From: Chthonomonadales bacterium
GTDB taxonomy: Bacteria > Armatimonadota > Chthonomonadetes > Chthonomonadales > CAJBBX01
Direction of reading: 5' to 3'
Length of the DNA: 64,000 nucleotides
Assembly (NCBI GenBank): GCA_037443035.1
Contig: JBBIPC010000006.1
Location: 64,001 to 128,000, forward strand
The notes under the pieces were generated by a model that saw only the letters and a list, made by a program, of their open reading frames with translations, made no database searches and was not told where the DNA came from. Shown here piece after piece: positions 51,565 to 61,515 of the stretch (its first letter is position 1; each line of letters opens with the position of its first letter). The position numbers were made by a program, and so were the translations under genes.

Positions 51565-52331
51565 ACTCCTATCACCACCGTAGGATCGATCAGAGGCTCC
51601 TGCCGCTCTTTGTCGAGGCAGAGACGCTCGACACTCTGCAGCTCGAGACCTGGCAGGCGCTCCTCCAGGATGGCCGCCAGATCGAATGGACGCAGGGTTC
51701 CTTCCTGTCCGAAGCGGGATGTAAGATACACCTCCAAGTGCTCGGGCACTGGTCGTTCCAACCGCATACGGACGAGGTGCCGTCGAGCGTCCACATGCCG
51801 GGCCGAGCCGTCTCCTCTACGAACGACGCTCGGTTGACCTTCCGCGGCAAGCTCACGCAGAATCTGTTCGACGTGAGCAGTTTCCACTAGTGCAGAGCAA
51901 CGGAAGCCGATGCGGTAATGCGCCACGTTGTAAGATGCCAGGTCGACCTTCCGCTGGCTCTCCGGAACCGATTCAGCAGAGGAGACCGATAGACCATCGG
52001 GCAGCGTTGCGTTCAGGTCGGCTAACCAAGTCGGCGGCGACGAAATGTCGTGCTTACCGAGGCCGGGGTCCGTGTGTTCGTCTGCATCCACGTCTACGTA
52101 GAGGATGTCAGCACGTGCTGTCATGCCGACAGCGGACGGAAAGACGAAACGCATACGCGGTCTTGGATTGTGTCCCTGGGACAGCACAACCGGGATGCCG
52201 GAGCGACGGAATGCCCGCTCGAACGTGCGCATCACGTCGAGATGCCCGAGCCATCGAGCCCGTCCCGTCTTGCTGAAGGTGAGTCGGTAGGTAACCACAG
52301 GCCGAAAGCTTGCCGCTCGAGCATCCGTCAT
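51552..52331 (-). CDS. Radical-SAM-associated protein (TIGR03936/DUF2344)
   Basis: FSKTGRARWLGHLD...RAFRRSGIP..SQGHNPRP; adjacent to rng. Confidence 0.88.
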   Translation of the reverse strand: MTDARAASFRPVVTYRLTFSKTGRARWLGHLDVMRTFERAFRRSGIPVVLSQGHNPRPRMRFVFPSAVGMTARADILYVDVDADEHTDPGLGKHDISSPPTWLADLNATLPDGLSVSSAESVPESQRKVDLASYNVAHYRIGFRCSALVETAHVEQILRELAAEGQPSVVRRGDGSARHVDARRHLVRMRLERPVPEHLEVYLTSRFGQEGTLRPFDLAAILEERLPGLELQSVERLCLDKERQEPLIDPTVVIGVCTT

Positions 52332-52401
52332 GGACGTGAGCGGCCGCTTCCTCTCCTCCCTTTCCTCTCCCTATGGCCGATGGGGCGCATACACTGGCGG
52401 A

Positions 52402-53163
52402 CTATCGCGCTGCCCAGCTCCACGATTTCGCCTGGATGTCCTTCCAGTATGCCGTACGGGCTGTGCCACTAGCCAGAATCAGCGGGCACTTATCACTACC
52501 GGCACGCACGTGATAGTTGCACCACGCGAGAATGGTCTGGTCAAGAGGAGGATTGGGGTACTTGAGCTGGTAGGGCTCATCCGTCGCGGGATCCAGCCCC
52601 CGGCCCTCCGCGTTTGTCCAGTCCCTGCTATAGACGACCGTGTACGCCCCCGACTGCCCGAGAACCGTCGAGATATCGTAGCTGTCGTAGGCATAGTACG
52701 GTAGCGGTGTAGTGGGAGCACCGACATCGAGGCCGTGGCTGCTGAAAGTGGCATAGCCGCTGAAGCCCGCGTTCGGTGGGAAGACTGCGTTCACAATGGC
52801 TCGCTGGTCGGTGGTAGTGTTGTCGGGGCAGTGGAACTTCTCGATGTTGCGCACGTAGGCCGGGTACAGAAACCCGCGCCGGATTCGACCTGCGTCCACC
52901 GGCGCAGCATTTCCCTGTTGCCAGTACGAACCGTCTGGGTTCTCTGGAAGTCCCAGCAGCACCGGCGGATAGTCCTCGTAATCCTGCCGGTACTGGCTTG
53001 CGGCGACGTACATGTCATGAAGATTGGAGATGCACGCCGTCTGCCGTGCCTGTTCGCGTGCTCGGCTGAAGACCGGCATGAGTATGGCCGCCAGCAGCGC
53101 GATAATACCGATAACAGTCAAGAGCTCGATGAGCGAAAACCCACGCTTAGCTGCCAGTTGCAT
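52402..53163 (-). CDS. Prepilin-type N-methylation domain protein (DUF1559-like)
   Basis: GFSLIELLTVIGIIALLAAILMPVFSRAREQARQTACISNL, FHCPD. Confidence 0.9.
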   Translation of the reverse strand: MQLAAKRGFSLIELLTVIGIIALLAAILMPVFSRAREQARQTACISNLHDMYVAASQYRQDYEDYPPVLLGLPENPDGSYWQQGNAAPVDAGRIRRGFLYPAYVRNIEKFHCPDNTTTDQRAIVNAVFPPNAGFSGYATFSSHGLDVGAPTTPLPYYAYDSYDISTVLGQSGAYTVVYSRDWTNAEGRGLDPATDEPYQLKYPNPPLDQTILAWCNYHVRAGSDKCPLILASGTARTAYWKDIQAKSWSWAAR

Positions 53164-53239
53164 CTGGCAAACTCCCCGCTTATGTGTCTGTCTGGCTCCG
53201 CACCGATGTCTCAGCGGTTTGACCCGCCACAACAGGAAG

Positions 53240-53265
53240 GACGCTGCGCGCGACCGCATTGTTCC
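53240..53265 (-). promoter_or_regulatory. Possible ECF-sigma promoter
   Basis: GGAAC-17-CGTC on minus strand, about 75 nt above ATG 53163. Confidence 0.35.
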
Positions 53266-53348
53266 TCTGCACCATGGTGCCGCCACGCCGTCTGTCCCAA
53301 GCCAGACGCTTCGGAAGGTATCCTACCATACATCTTGGGAGGTATCGC

Positions 53349-54959
53349 ATGTTCCGCATTCTAGTCACCGAGACACTGGCGCCGGAGGGCATACGGAAGC
53401 TCGAATCGGCTGCGGCGGTGGATGTGCTTACGGGTCTTAGCCAGGACGAGTTGGCGCTGAGGATCTCCGACTATGACGCGCTTGTTGTGCGCAGCGCAAC
53501 GCAGGTCACGACCGACGTGCTTTCGAACGCAAGGAAGCTTCGTGTCATTGGTCGCGCAGGGGTCGGTGTGGACAACATAGACGTAGACGCTGCCACGCAA
53601 CGTGGCATTCTGGTTGTGAACTCGCCCAGCGGGAATACTACGGCCGCAGCGGAGCTAACGGTCGCGCTCATGCTTTCGCTGGCACGACGCATTCCACAAG
53701 CCGACGCTGCGCTACGCTCTGGGAGGTGGGAGCGCAAGCTCTTCGTTGGCACAGAAGTCTATGGCAAGACGTTGGGGGTCATAGGGTTGGGGAGGATCGG
53801 TCTGGAGGTGTCGCGGCGTGCTCGGGCGCTGGGGATGCGGGTAATCGCCTATGATCCCTTCGCCAATGCAGCGTTAGCCGAACGGAACGGGGTCGAGCTG
53901 CGGGATTTCGACGAGGTTCTGGCCGAGTCGGACTTCCTCACGCTACACGCACCACTAACGGAGCAGACACGCCATATGATCGGCAAGGCGCAACTTGAGC
54001 GAATGAGGGACGGAGTCCGGATCATCAACTGTGCTCGTGGCGGGCTTGTGGATGAGGAAGCGCTTGCCGCGGCTATTCGTAGTGGCAAGGTCGCTGGCGC
54101 GGCCGTGGATGTGTTCAGTCGAGAGCCTGTGGGACCGGATCATCCACTCGTGCAACTCGCCGAGAACGTCGTCACCCCGCATCTTGGGGCGTCCACGGAA
54201 GAAGCGCAAGTAGCGGTGGCTGTGGATGTCGCCGAGCAGGTTGTGGACGTCCTCCAGGGAAGGCCCCCGCGATCGCCCGTGAACATGCCGCACTTGACGG
54301 CGGAGGCGTACCATTCGGTACGGCCGTACCTGGACCTCGGGCAACGGATGGGTAGCCTGCTGGCACAACTGACCCTGTCGGACCTTGGGCGCGGTTTTCC
54401 CAGTGACGCCGTCGAGGTCCGCTATGCGGGAGACTTCGGCGATCGTCCGACGCATGCCATTACCCGCGCAGTGCTTGCCGGGCTCTTGTCACCCATACTT
54501 TCGGCTCCTGCCAATCTGGTCAACGCACCCATGCTGGCTGCAGCACGCGGTATCTCCGTGACGGAGACGCAGACGGCGTCGCGGGAGGAATACAGCTCGC
54601 TTGTGACTGTGACGTTGCGGTCCCATGGGCGCCAGCACTCCGCTTCGGGAACAGCATACGGCCCGAGCCACCTGAGGATCGTCGAGGTAGATGGCTACGA
54701 AGTCACGTTCAGCCCCGCCGGCACCCTGCTTCTTACGCAGCATGTGGACCGCCCGGGCATGATCGGCGCCATAGGGACTCTGCTGGGGAAAAATGGGGTC
54801 AACATTGCAGGCATGGACCTTGGTCGCAAACACGAAGGTGGCCTGGCGCTCATGGTACTGTCTGTGGACGACCCCATACCTCCCGAACTCGTGGAGGAGA
54901 TCCGGCGCCTTCCCAACATGGAAACCGCGCGAGTTGTGTCGTTGGATCCACTGACCTAG
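53349..54959 (+). CDS. serA: D-3-phosphoglycerate dehydrogenase
   Basis: RAGVGVDNID, GLGRIG, NCARGG, TPHLGASTEEAQ, ACT domain DRPGMIG. Confidence 0.96.
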   Translation: MFRILVTETLAPEGIRKLESAAAVDVLTGLSQDELALRISDYDALVVRSATQVTTDVLSNARKLRVIGRAGVGVDNIDVDAATQRGILVVNSPSGNTTAAAELTVALMLSLARRIPQADAALRSGRWERKLFVGTEVYGKTLGVIGLGRIGLEVSRRARALGMRVIAYDPFANAALAERNGVELRDFDEVLAESDFLTLHAPLTEQTRHMIGKAQLERMRDGVRIINCARGGLVDEEALAAAIRSGKVAGAAVDVFSREPVGPDHPLVQLAENVVTPHLGASTEEAQVAVAVDVAEQVVDVLQGRPPRSPVNMPHLTAEAYHSVRPYLDLGQRMGSLLAQLTLSDLGRGFPSDAVEVRYAGDFGDRPTHAITRAVLAGLLSPILSAPANLVNAPMLAAARGISVTETQTASREEYSSLVTVTLRSHGRQHSASGTAYGPSHLRIVEVDGYEVTFSPAGTLLLTQHVDRPGMIGAIGTLLGKNGVNIAGMDLGRKHEGGLALMVLSVDDPIPPELVEEIRRLPNMETARVVSLDPLT

Positions 54960-54976
54960 CGCTGCCGGAATTGCCG

Positions 54977-56410
54977 TCAGCCTGGGCGCGATGGCTGGTT
55001 CCGGTCCTCGAGCCACGGCGCATGAGCTAGGGCTTTCTCCTTCTCGTCGAGGCGGAATAGTGCCCTAGCATTTCCTCGCATCAGCGGTTCCACGAGTTCA
55101 ACGGCGGCCGTAGGTGCGAGCCATCCGTCAGCCACCAGGCTGCTGAGCGCCCGAAGAATGCCGTTCCGCGCGATCATAGCATGGCCGATAACTGGCTCGA
55201 CGGGAACGTAGTCGCCTCCAAACGTGAGCACCTTGTTGCTGGGTGCAGCGACGAGGAGACTCCGCAAGAACTGCACTGACGCCTCTGGGTTGATGATCCA
55301 TGCCCAGCACATGTCTATGACGGCGTTGTGCCAGTGCTTGGCGATGGCGACCATCTCCTCCCAGAACGGATAGCAGATGTGCATGAGCACGAAGGTGGTG
55401 TCCGGTGCATGGCGGAGGATCTCCGTGATATCCGCTGGGTTGGTTGCCACTCGCCCCATGGGCATGCCGTCATGGCCAGCGTAATAGCCAGTGTGCAGTT
55501 TGACGGGGAGGCCGTACTCCGTCGCCTTCCGGACGCAGTACCAGAAGAGATGGTCCTCCACGAGTTTTCGCTCATCCGCGGAGATGCGGTTGCCCCGCAC
55601 GAGCTGCGTGAACGGCTTGTCCGCCTGCTCCGCGGGCGTGTCGTTGAAGTCCAATCGGCGACCGTAGGCGACCTGGGATTTCGCTGCGACGGCATAGGGG
55701 CCGTAGGTCGAGAACCACCAATCCAAGACTCGATGATAGTCAGCCAGGCTCGTCACGCGGATACCTGCAGCCTGAGCATGGGGCTGCCACTGCTCGGGGG
55801 TGTGGAGGTTGAGAATGGAGAGATCCTGCATGAGGAGTGTGGGCTGCCTGGACGGCATGAACGTGCGCTCTAGCGAGTTCACCTGGCAGGATTCCACGCC
55901 GGCTAGGTCGGTGAGTACCCGTCTGTAGAATCCAGGTTTCACAGTTGCGCGATAGCGGTCCGCAAGCGTGTGGACCGTGGTGCCATTGAGCTCCTTGACC
56001 CCGTAGAGTGTGCCGATGGTGTGGCGAATCGCCTGACCATATCCAGTGTGCCTCACCAGGGGCCACGACCGTTCGATGGCCTTCCACTTTGTCCGTGTGT
56101 CAGCGGTCGGGGATAGCAGCGTGGCACGTTCCGACGGTGTCATACCGGCCACCATGAGGTCGGAATCGATGTAGTGGCTGAAGAGGATGGCCCAATCATT
56201 GCAGGGCAGCCGCGGTGTTGCACTCCACTGTGTGCGTGCCTCCTCCTCGACGATGTGCTCGTGCGTGTCGACAAACAGTGTTCGGCGCACGCGCGCGGCA
56301 ATGTCTGCATCTCTGGCCGAGATGGTGCGTTCGGTAGTCATGGACGCCGCCTCCACAAGCGACGATGCGCCATAGAGGCCCGCCCCTGCGAGAGCCTCTC
56401 GCCGAGACAA
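54977..56410 (-). CDS. Amidohydrolase-family protein with a twin-arginine-like N-terminus
   Basis: SRREAL, DTHEH, KLHTG, LMH, FGGD; TTG 56410 after AGGAGG. Confidence 0.85.
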   Translation of the reverse strand: MSRREALAGAGLYGASSLVEAASMTTERTISARDADIAARVRRTLFVDTHEHIVEEEARTQWSATPRLPCNDWAILFSHYIDSDLMVAGMTPSERATLLSPTADTRTKWKAIERSWPLVRHTGYGQAIRHTIGTLYGVKELNGTTVHTLADRYRATVKPGFYRRVLTDLAGVESCQVNSLERTFMPSRQPTLLMQDLSILNLHTPEQWQPHAQAAGIRVTSLADYHRVLDWWFSTYGPYAVAAKSQVAYGRRLDFNDTPAEQADKPFTQLVRGNRISADERKLVEDHLFWYCVRKATEYGLPVKLHTGYYAGHDGMPMGRVATNPADITEILRHAPDTTFVLMHICYPFWEEMVAIAKHWHNAVIDMCWAWIINPEASVQFLRSLLVAAPSNKVLTFGGDYVPVEPVIGHAMIARNGILRALSSLVADGWLAPTAAVELVEPLMRGNARALFRLDEKEKALAHAPWLEDRNQPSRPG

Positions 56411-56631
56411 CCGGGCGCCTCCTTCTGCGCATCGTTTCATGGCACGAGTATTCGGCACCGACAGGTCGGTACCTGCTGCCTCGCGAGTATCGTGCGGGTT
56501 GACGATGGAGGGAGCTGCGTGCTACGATGAGTGCCAGATCCGGACTCGCCGGGAGCACGTCCACGAGCCTGCATGATATATCGAGTGCGTGCGGCCGCAG
56601 GCAGGAACCAGGACGAAGGAGAGCTCAGCCC

Positions 56632-56736
56632 GTGAATGTTGTTCTAGGAGTGCTTCGGTTTGGCTTCCTTGCATTGCTACTCGGGCTCGTGTTCTACATG
56701 CTGTGGTTCATGCACCGTGATCTGGACCGAAGATGA
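56632..56736 (+). CDS. 34-aa single-TM microprotein resembling the FhaB membrane anchor
   Basis: MNVVLGVLRFGFLALLLGLVFYMLWFMHRDLDRR; AAGGAG RBS; TTGACG-18-TACGAT at 56499-56528. Confidence 0.6.
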   Translation: MNVVLGVLRFGFLALLLGLVFYMLWFMHRDLDRR

Positions 56737-56773
56737 AGATCGTGACGAAGATCCTCTGTAGCGAGGCGTAGCC

Positions 56774-57793
56774 ATGTCCTCTCAGCCCGATATCGCCCAA
56801 CTCTCCGATCCTGGCAAGGCGCGGAACATCAACTGCGATCGGTGTGTGGCGATCGGCAGCGACGGCCTTGGCGGGCGTGTGGATGCTTTCCTGCTTGTGG
56901 CCGACGGTATGGGCGCCAATCGGCGCGGTGACATGGCGAGCCGCATCACAGCGGAAGTAGCACCCGCGTCGTTCGTTCGTGAGCTTGGGGCCATCGAAGG
57001 GGAACCTACGCGGGACGGCCTGGCCAACGCTCTGCGCAAGGCCCTTCGGGACGCCAACGACGCTGTCTGGAAGGCCGCGCAAGAAGACGCTGAGCTGAAG
57101 GGGATGGGAACGACTTGTGTCGCGGCAGTCGTTCGCGGGGATACAGCGCTCCTCTGCCACGCTGGTGACTCTCGGGCGTACGTACTGTCCGAGGGAGATC
57201 TAGTTCAGCTTACGGCCGATCACTCGCTGATTCAGGAGGTAGTGCCAGCAGAAGATACGTCGCTGGACCTGGACTCTCGGTTCGGTACTGTGATCACCCG
57301 CGGCATCGGTCTCTCTCGCAGCCTGGATGCCGATCTGGTCGTCGGGAAGATCGGTCCCAAAGACGCCTTGCTCCTGTGCACGGACGGTCTGACGAATATG
57401 ATCAGCGAGACCCGCATTGCCCGCATCCTGGCGTCAGCCAAAGACGCCGCTGCTGCATGCGTTGCCCTAGTGGCTGCGGCGAATGACGCGGGCGGTTTAG
57501 ACAACATCGGCGTAGCTGTCCTCCGGGGACCCGAGTTCGAACCCTACGAGCCCACGGCCTCAGGAGACTCGGAGGATGAGGGGCTGACCGATGCGGCAAC
57601 ACGCCAGCGCAGTCGGCGTCGAAGTCGTCGAAGCAACCGGGGTCTGACTGCTCTGGCAGTGGTCTTGGGTCTGGCCGTCGTGGTGCTGGGGAGCCTGCTC
57701 TACTGGGAGGAGTCCGAGCGTCGCAGGCTATTGGACGAGAACCTCAAGCTGAGACAGCAGTTGCTGAGCTTCGTGGACCGACAGCGCAGGTAA
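56774..57793 (+). CDS. PP2C-family Ser/Thr phosphatase with C-terminal TM
   Basis: VADGMG, GMGTT, HAGDSRAY, QLTADHS, CTDGL, GGLDNI. Confidence 0.93.
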   Translation: MSSQPDIAQLSDPGKARNINCDRCVAIGSDGLGGRVDAFLLVADGMGANRRGDMASRITAEVAPASFVRELGAIEGEPTRDGLANALRKALRDANDAVWKAAQEDAELKGMGTTCVAAVVRGDTALLCHAGDSRAYVLSEGDLVQLTADHSLIQEVVPAEDTSLDLDSRFGTVITRGIGLSRSLDADLVVGKIGPKDALLLCTDGLTNMISETRIARILASAKDAAAACVALVAAANDAGGLDNIGVAVLRGPEFEPYEPTASGDSEDEGLTDAATRQRSRRRSRRSNRGLTALAVVLGLAVVVLGSLLYWEESERRRLLDENLKLRQQLLSFVDRQRR

Positions 57794-57835
57794 CTATGGC
57801 GCCGATCGCGAACGTGCTGTCGGGAGGAGTTTCCG

Positions 57836-59395
57836 ATGAACCGTAAGTTCCTGAACTATGCGATCTTCCTGGCCATTGTTGCCGTCGTCGTAGGCTTCGC
57901 CGTGCGACATAGCCGGCACATGGCATACCTTGTGGACTCCATGGCTGGCCGCGACCGGGAGAAGCGTGTAGCTGCAGCCAAAGAGCTGGTCAAGGGTGAG
58001 CAGTTCATGGACGCGATCACTGGAGAAACGGTGGGACGGCGCATTCGCATCGTTCAGGCACTGGAGGACTGGGGTGAGCCTGAGGCTGTGAAGCAGGCGG
58101 TAGCGTTCCTCAAAGACCCGGATCGTCCGGTGCGGGATCGCATCGTACTCACCCTCGTGCGCATCGGCACGAAATCCGCCGACAACCTCCAAGAGGTTGT
58201 GAACGGCAGCAAGGATGGAGATAGCAACGTCCGCAAGGCATGTATAGCAGTACTCCAAATCCTTGGCCAGGACGATAGGGCCAAGGCCAGGCGGCTCATC
58301 GAGAGAGCGCTTCCTGATACGCCGGAGATGGTTCGCGAAGATGCCCTCGCACAAAGGAACGATGCAGTTGCCAGCCAGATCATCGAAAAAGTCGTGGCCG
58401 CAATGAAGGCGGATGCTGCGGCGCGCGCGCCAGGGGGTGCTGTGTTAGGTGCGCTTCAGGACCGGCGCGAGGAGTGCGTGAAGGCTCTCATGCCCCAACT
58501 GTCGGATGCTGACGATGGCGTATGCTCCGGTGCAGCAGCGGCCCTAGGCAAGGTCGGCAGTCCAACCCCTGTTCCGAAGCTCATCGAGATCATGCACAAA
58601 CGGAGCGCGCAGGTGAGGAGGATCGCCATCGGCGCACTGGCACTGATCGCCTCGAAAGACTGTCAAGCTGCGCTCACCGAGGCCGTCAACAATCCTGACG
58701 ACGACAACGAAGCGCGAGCGCAGGCGGCCGTCGGACTGGGGCGGATCGCAACCCCTTCAGCGGTCGCCACGCTGGTGCGCGCTTTGCGAGACACCGACCT
58801 CAAAGTGCAGATCGCCGCGGTGGATGCCCTTGCTGTCGGTGGCACTGCCGACTTGCCCAGGGTGATGGCGGCGCTGAGCGACGCGGAGCCGAACGTTCGA
58901 GTGAGGGCCGCGCAAGCATTGGGGCGCATAGCGACGCCGGCCGCCAACGCTGCGCTCATACGCGCGCTGTCGGATCCTGTGCCGACGGTACGTCAAGCCG
59001 CAGCCCAGGCGCTGGGTTTCCCCGGCAACGCCGGTGCAGTGCAGGCGCTCGCGTCGCACCTAGGAGATGCGGACGGCGCGGTGGCAACCGCATGCGCCGA
59101 GGCGCTCGCCGATATTGGTCTGGCCGCTCGAGATACGCTCATAAGGGCGCTGGCTGGTCCAGAGCGGACGGCCTATCTGGCCGCGACAGCGCTTGCGCGT
59201 CAGGGGGCCCAAGCGGTGGACGGTGTCGTGAAGGCAGTATCCGCCAATCCGCGCATGGGAAAGTGGGCGACCTACTCGCTCGCAAGCAATCGGTCGCAAG
59301 CTGCTCTCGATGGGCTACGCAAGCTGGCTTCCTCGACGGATCCAGCGACCAGCGGTGCCGCTGCTGCGGCCTTGCGGCGTCTCTCGCTGCGATAA
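57836..59395 (+). CDS. HEAT-repeat protein with N-terminal anchor
   Basis: Repeated L.D....VR..AA.ALG units; GGAGGAG RBS. Confidence 0.9.
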   Translation: MNRKFLNYAIFLAIVAVVVGFAVRHSRHMAYLVDSMAGRDREKRVAAAKELVKGEQFMDAITGETVGRRIRIVQALEDWGEPEAVKQAVAFLKDPDRPVRDRIVLTLVRIGTKSADNLQEVVNGSKDGDSNVRKACIAVLQILGQDDRAKARRLIERALPDTPEMVREDALAQRNDAVASQIIEKVVAAMKADAAARAPGGAVLGALQDRREECVKALMPQLSDADDGVCSGAAAALGKVGSPTPVPKLIEIMHKRSAQVRRIAIGALALIASKDCQAALTEAVNNPDDDNEARAQAAVGLGRIATPSAVATLVRALRDTDLKVQIAAVDALAVGGTADLPRVMAALSDAEPNVRVRAAQALGRIATPAANAALIRALSDPVPTVRQAAAQALGFPGNAGAVQALASHLGDADGAVATACAEALADIGLAARDTLIRALAGPERTAYLAATALARQGAQAVDGVVKAVSANPRMGKWATYSLASNRSQAALDGLRKLASSTDPATSGAAAAALRRLSLR

Positions 59396-59693
59396 GCCTG
59401 CGATACGTAGAACCCTATCGAGCGGGCACGGAGCGCCTCTCGGTATTGGCACAGCCGCAACGTGTGTCCAACTACAGCCTGGGAACCGGCATGCGTCTGT
59501 GCAGAGTATGTAGACCGACTGGGTGCCGGTCACCACTGCGCCAGGCGCAGCTGTTGGCGTGTGTGAGGTTCCGTATGGAGTCTGGTTGCGTGCGACGGAC
59601 ATCGTGGCTCTCGAGCATGACGGATGCTGAGCGGTGCCTAGGTGAACGCGGCGGCGAAGGCCGCTAGCCCCGTGGAAGAGGACCGAACGAGGC

Positions 59694-61496
59694 ATGAGTT
59701 CTCTCGACAGAATGGTGACGGTGTGGGCTCGCTACCGACGGAGGGTTGCCTGGCCCAGTCTGCTGATTGGTGGCCTAATGCTCATCAACGGCTGCGGTGG
59801 CGGAGGTGGCGGCGGTGATCTCGCAGCCTATCTGGGCCGGTCCTTCTCGTTCCACGCAGCCACGAGGAGCCTCAGCATCAGTGTGGACCCCTCCGGAAGG
59901 TTCACGATAGCGGCACAGGATCGCGACTCCCTCGCGGACGGTAGTGCCGCGCAGGGTGTCGTGAGCCAGAGCGGCATCGTTGCAGCCCAATCGGACGATG
60001 GCCTCGTGCAGTTCGATGGCGCATTCGCGTCGAATGGCACCGTGTTCACCTGCTCTGTGCGGTCGGGCAGCACGACGCTGTTCACGGTGGACGCCACGCG
60101 AGTCGCGGATGGTACACCAACGTCGGGTTCCCTTGTCGGAAGCTATCGGGCGGTGGACCCGCAGAAGGCCTATCTTTCCCTGGACAGTTGGGGTCATGCC
60201 GTCGTTTGGGTCGTGGACGGTCTCGGCGGCGGTGGCGGACTCACAGACGTGGCGACGGACGGCTCCTTGGCAAGCTACGACGGACAGTTCGAGGGTCAGC
60301 TCGATACCGGCGGCAGTCAGCCACAACTCCACGTCACGAAGCTCCGAGGAGCGACGGTCAGTATCACGGTTCCTCTGCAAACGGCGGCAAGGGCGAAATG
60401 GACATTCATGGTCTATCTCAACGCCGCCAATGACCTGCAGACGTTCGGACCGTTGAACGTCAATCAGATGGAGAAGGTTGGTTCCACGAGCGACGTGAAC
60501 ATCGTGGTTCAGTGGAAACAAGCCAACTGCTCGACCTGTGGATCTCCTCAGTGGGTCTCGACACGCCGCTACTACATTCGCCGGGATACGGATACCTCGC
60601 GCGTGACATCGCCGGTCATCGAGGATCTCGGCCCGAATGTGGACATGGGTGACTGGCGTCAGCTGTACAGCTTTGTATCCTGGGCACAGAAGAGATACCC
60701 GGCGGACCGCTATGCGCTGGTGATCTGGAATCACGGGGCCGGTTGGCGGAACACGCGAGCCGGCATGGTGCCAGCTCTTCGATCCGTGTCCATAGATGAC
60801 TCGACGCAGAATGAGATCCAAACGTGGCAACTACCACAGGCGTTGAGCGTAACGCCGAAGCTGGACCTCCTCATCTTCGATGCCTCGCTGATGCAAATGG
60901 TGGAGGTCGCGTACGAAGTGCGCAATGCGGCTTCGATCATGGTCGGATCCGAGGAGAGCCCGCCAGGCGAAGGGTACGTGTATGACACGTTCCTAGCGGA
61001 CCTGGCACAGGAGCCTGGCATGACACCTGCGATGCTAGCCGAGAGTATCGTCGTGCGGACGATCGAGAGCTACGGGTCTTCCTCGAACATCACTCAGTCG
61101 GCGCTGGATCTAAGCCGCATCGAAGACGTGGCGCAGCGCATGGACGCCTTCGCACGGCTCGCCATCTTCTACTCATCCACCTACGGATCAGCGCTCTCCA
61201 CAATCCGGAGGGATGCGGAATCGTATCTCTATCGGGACAACAAAGATCTGTGGCACTATGCCGACCTCGTCCGAACATCAACACTGCCAGCAGATCTGCA
61301 GGCTGCAGCATCGAACCTACAGCAGGCGGTGGCAGACGCGGTCATGGTCGAGCGGCACGGATCGCTCCACCCGAACTCCCATGGGATTGCAGTGTATGTG
61401 CCGGATCCATCTTCGTATCTCCTGACGTACGCCAACTTGGCATTGTCTCGGGTGACACAGTGGGACGAATGGCTGCGAGCACAGCCCCCAGGGTAG
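59694..61496 (+). CDS. Clostripain-family (peptidase C11) lipoprotein, catalytic Cys replaced by Ser
   Basis: Lipobox-like INGC-GGGG; WTFMVYLNAANDL, YPADRYALVIWNHGAGW, FDASLMQMVEVAYE, GSEESPPG. Confidence 0.88.
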   Translation: MSSLDRMVTVWARYRRRVAWPSLLIGGLMLINGCGGGGGGGDLAAYLGRSFSFHAATRSLSISVDPSGRFTIAAQDRDSLADGSAAQGVVSQSGIVAAQSDDGLVQFDGAFASNGTVFTCSVRSGSTTLFTVDATRVADGTPTSGSLVGSYRAVDPQKAYLSLDSWGHAVVWVVDGLGGGGGLTDVATDGSLASYDGQFEGQLDTGGSQPQLHVTKLRGATVSITVPLQTAARAKWTFMVYLNAANDLQTFGPLNVNQMEKVGSTSDVNIVVQWKQANCSTCGSPQWVSTRRYYIRRDTDTSRVTSPVIEDLGPNVDMGDWRQLYSFVSWAQKRYPADRYALVIWNHGAGWRNTRAGMVPALRSVSIDDSTQNEIQTWQLPQALSVTPKLDLLIFDASLMQMVEVAYEVRNAASIMVGSEESPPGEGYVYDTFLADLAQEPGMTPAMLAESIVVRTIESYGSSSNITQSALDLSRIEDVAQRMDAFARLAIFYSSTYGSALSTIRRDAESYLYRDNKDLWHYADLVRTSTLPADLQAAASNLQQAVADAVMVERHGSLHPNSHGIAVYVPDPSSYLLTYANLALSRVTQWDEWLRAQPPG

Positions 61497-61515
61497 TCGG
61501 TTCGGTGGTCATGCC

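Noticed and set aside
52348..52373. Pure pyrimidine mirror tract TTCCTCTCCTCCCTTTCCTCTCCCT
   Set aside because: Short; adequately explained as a purine-rich RBS region on the minus strand
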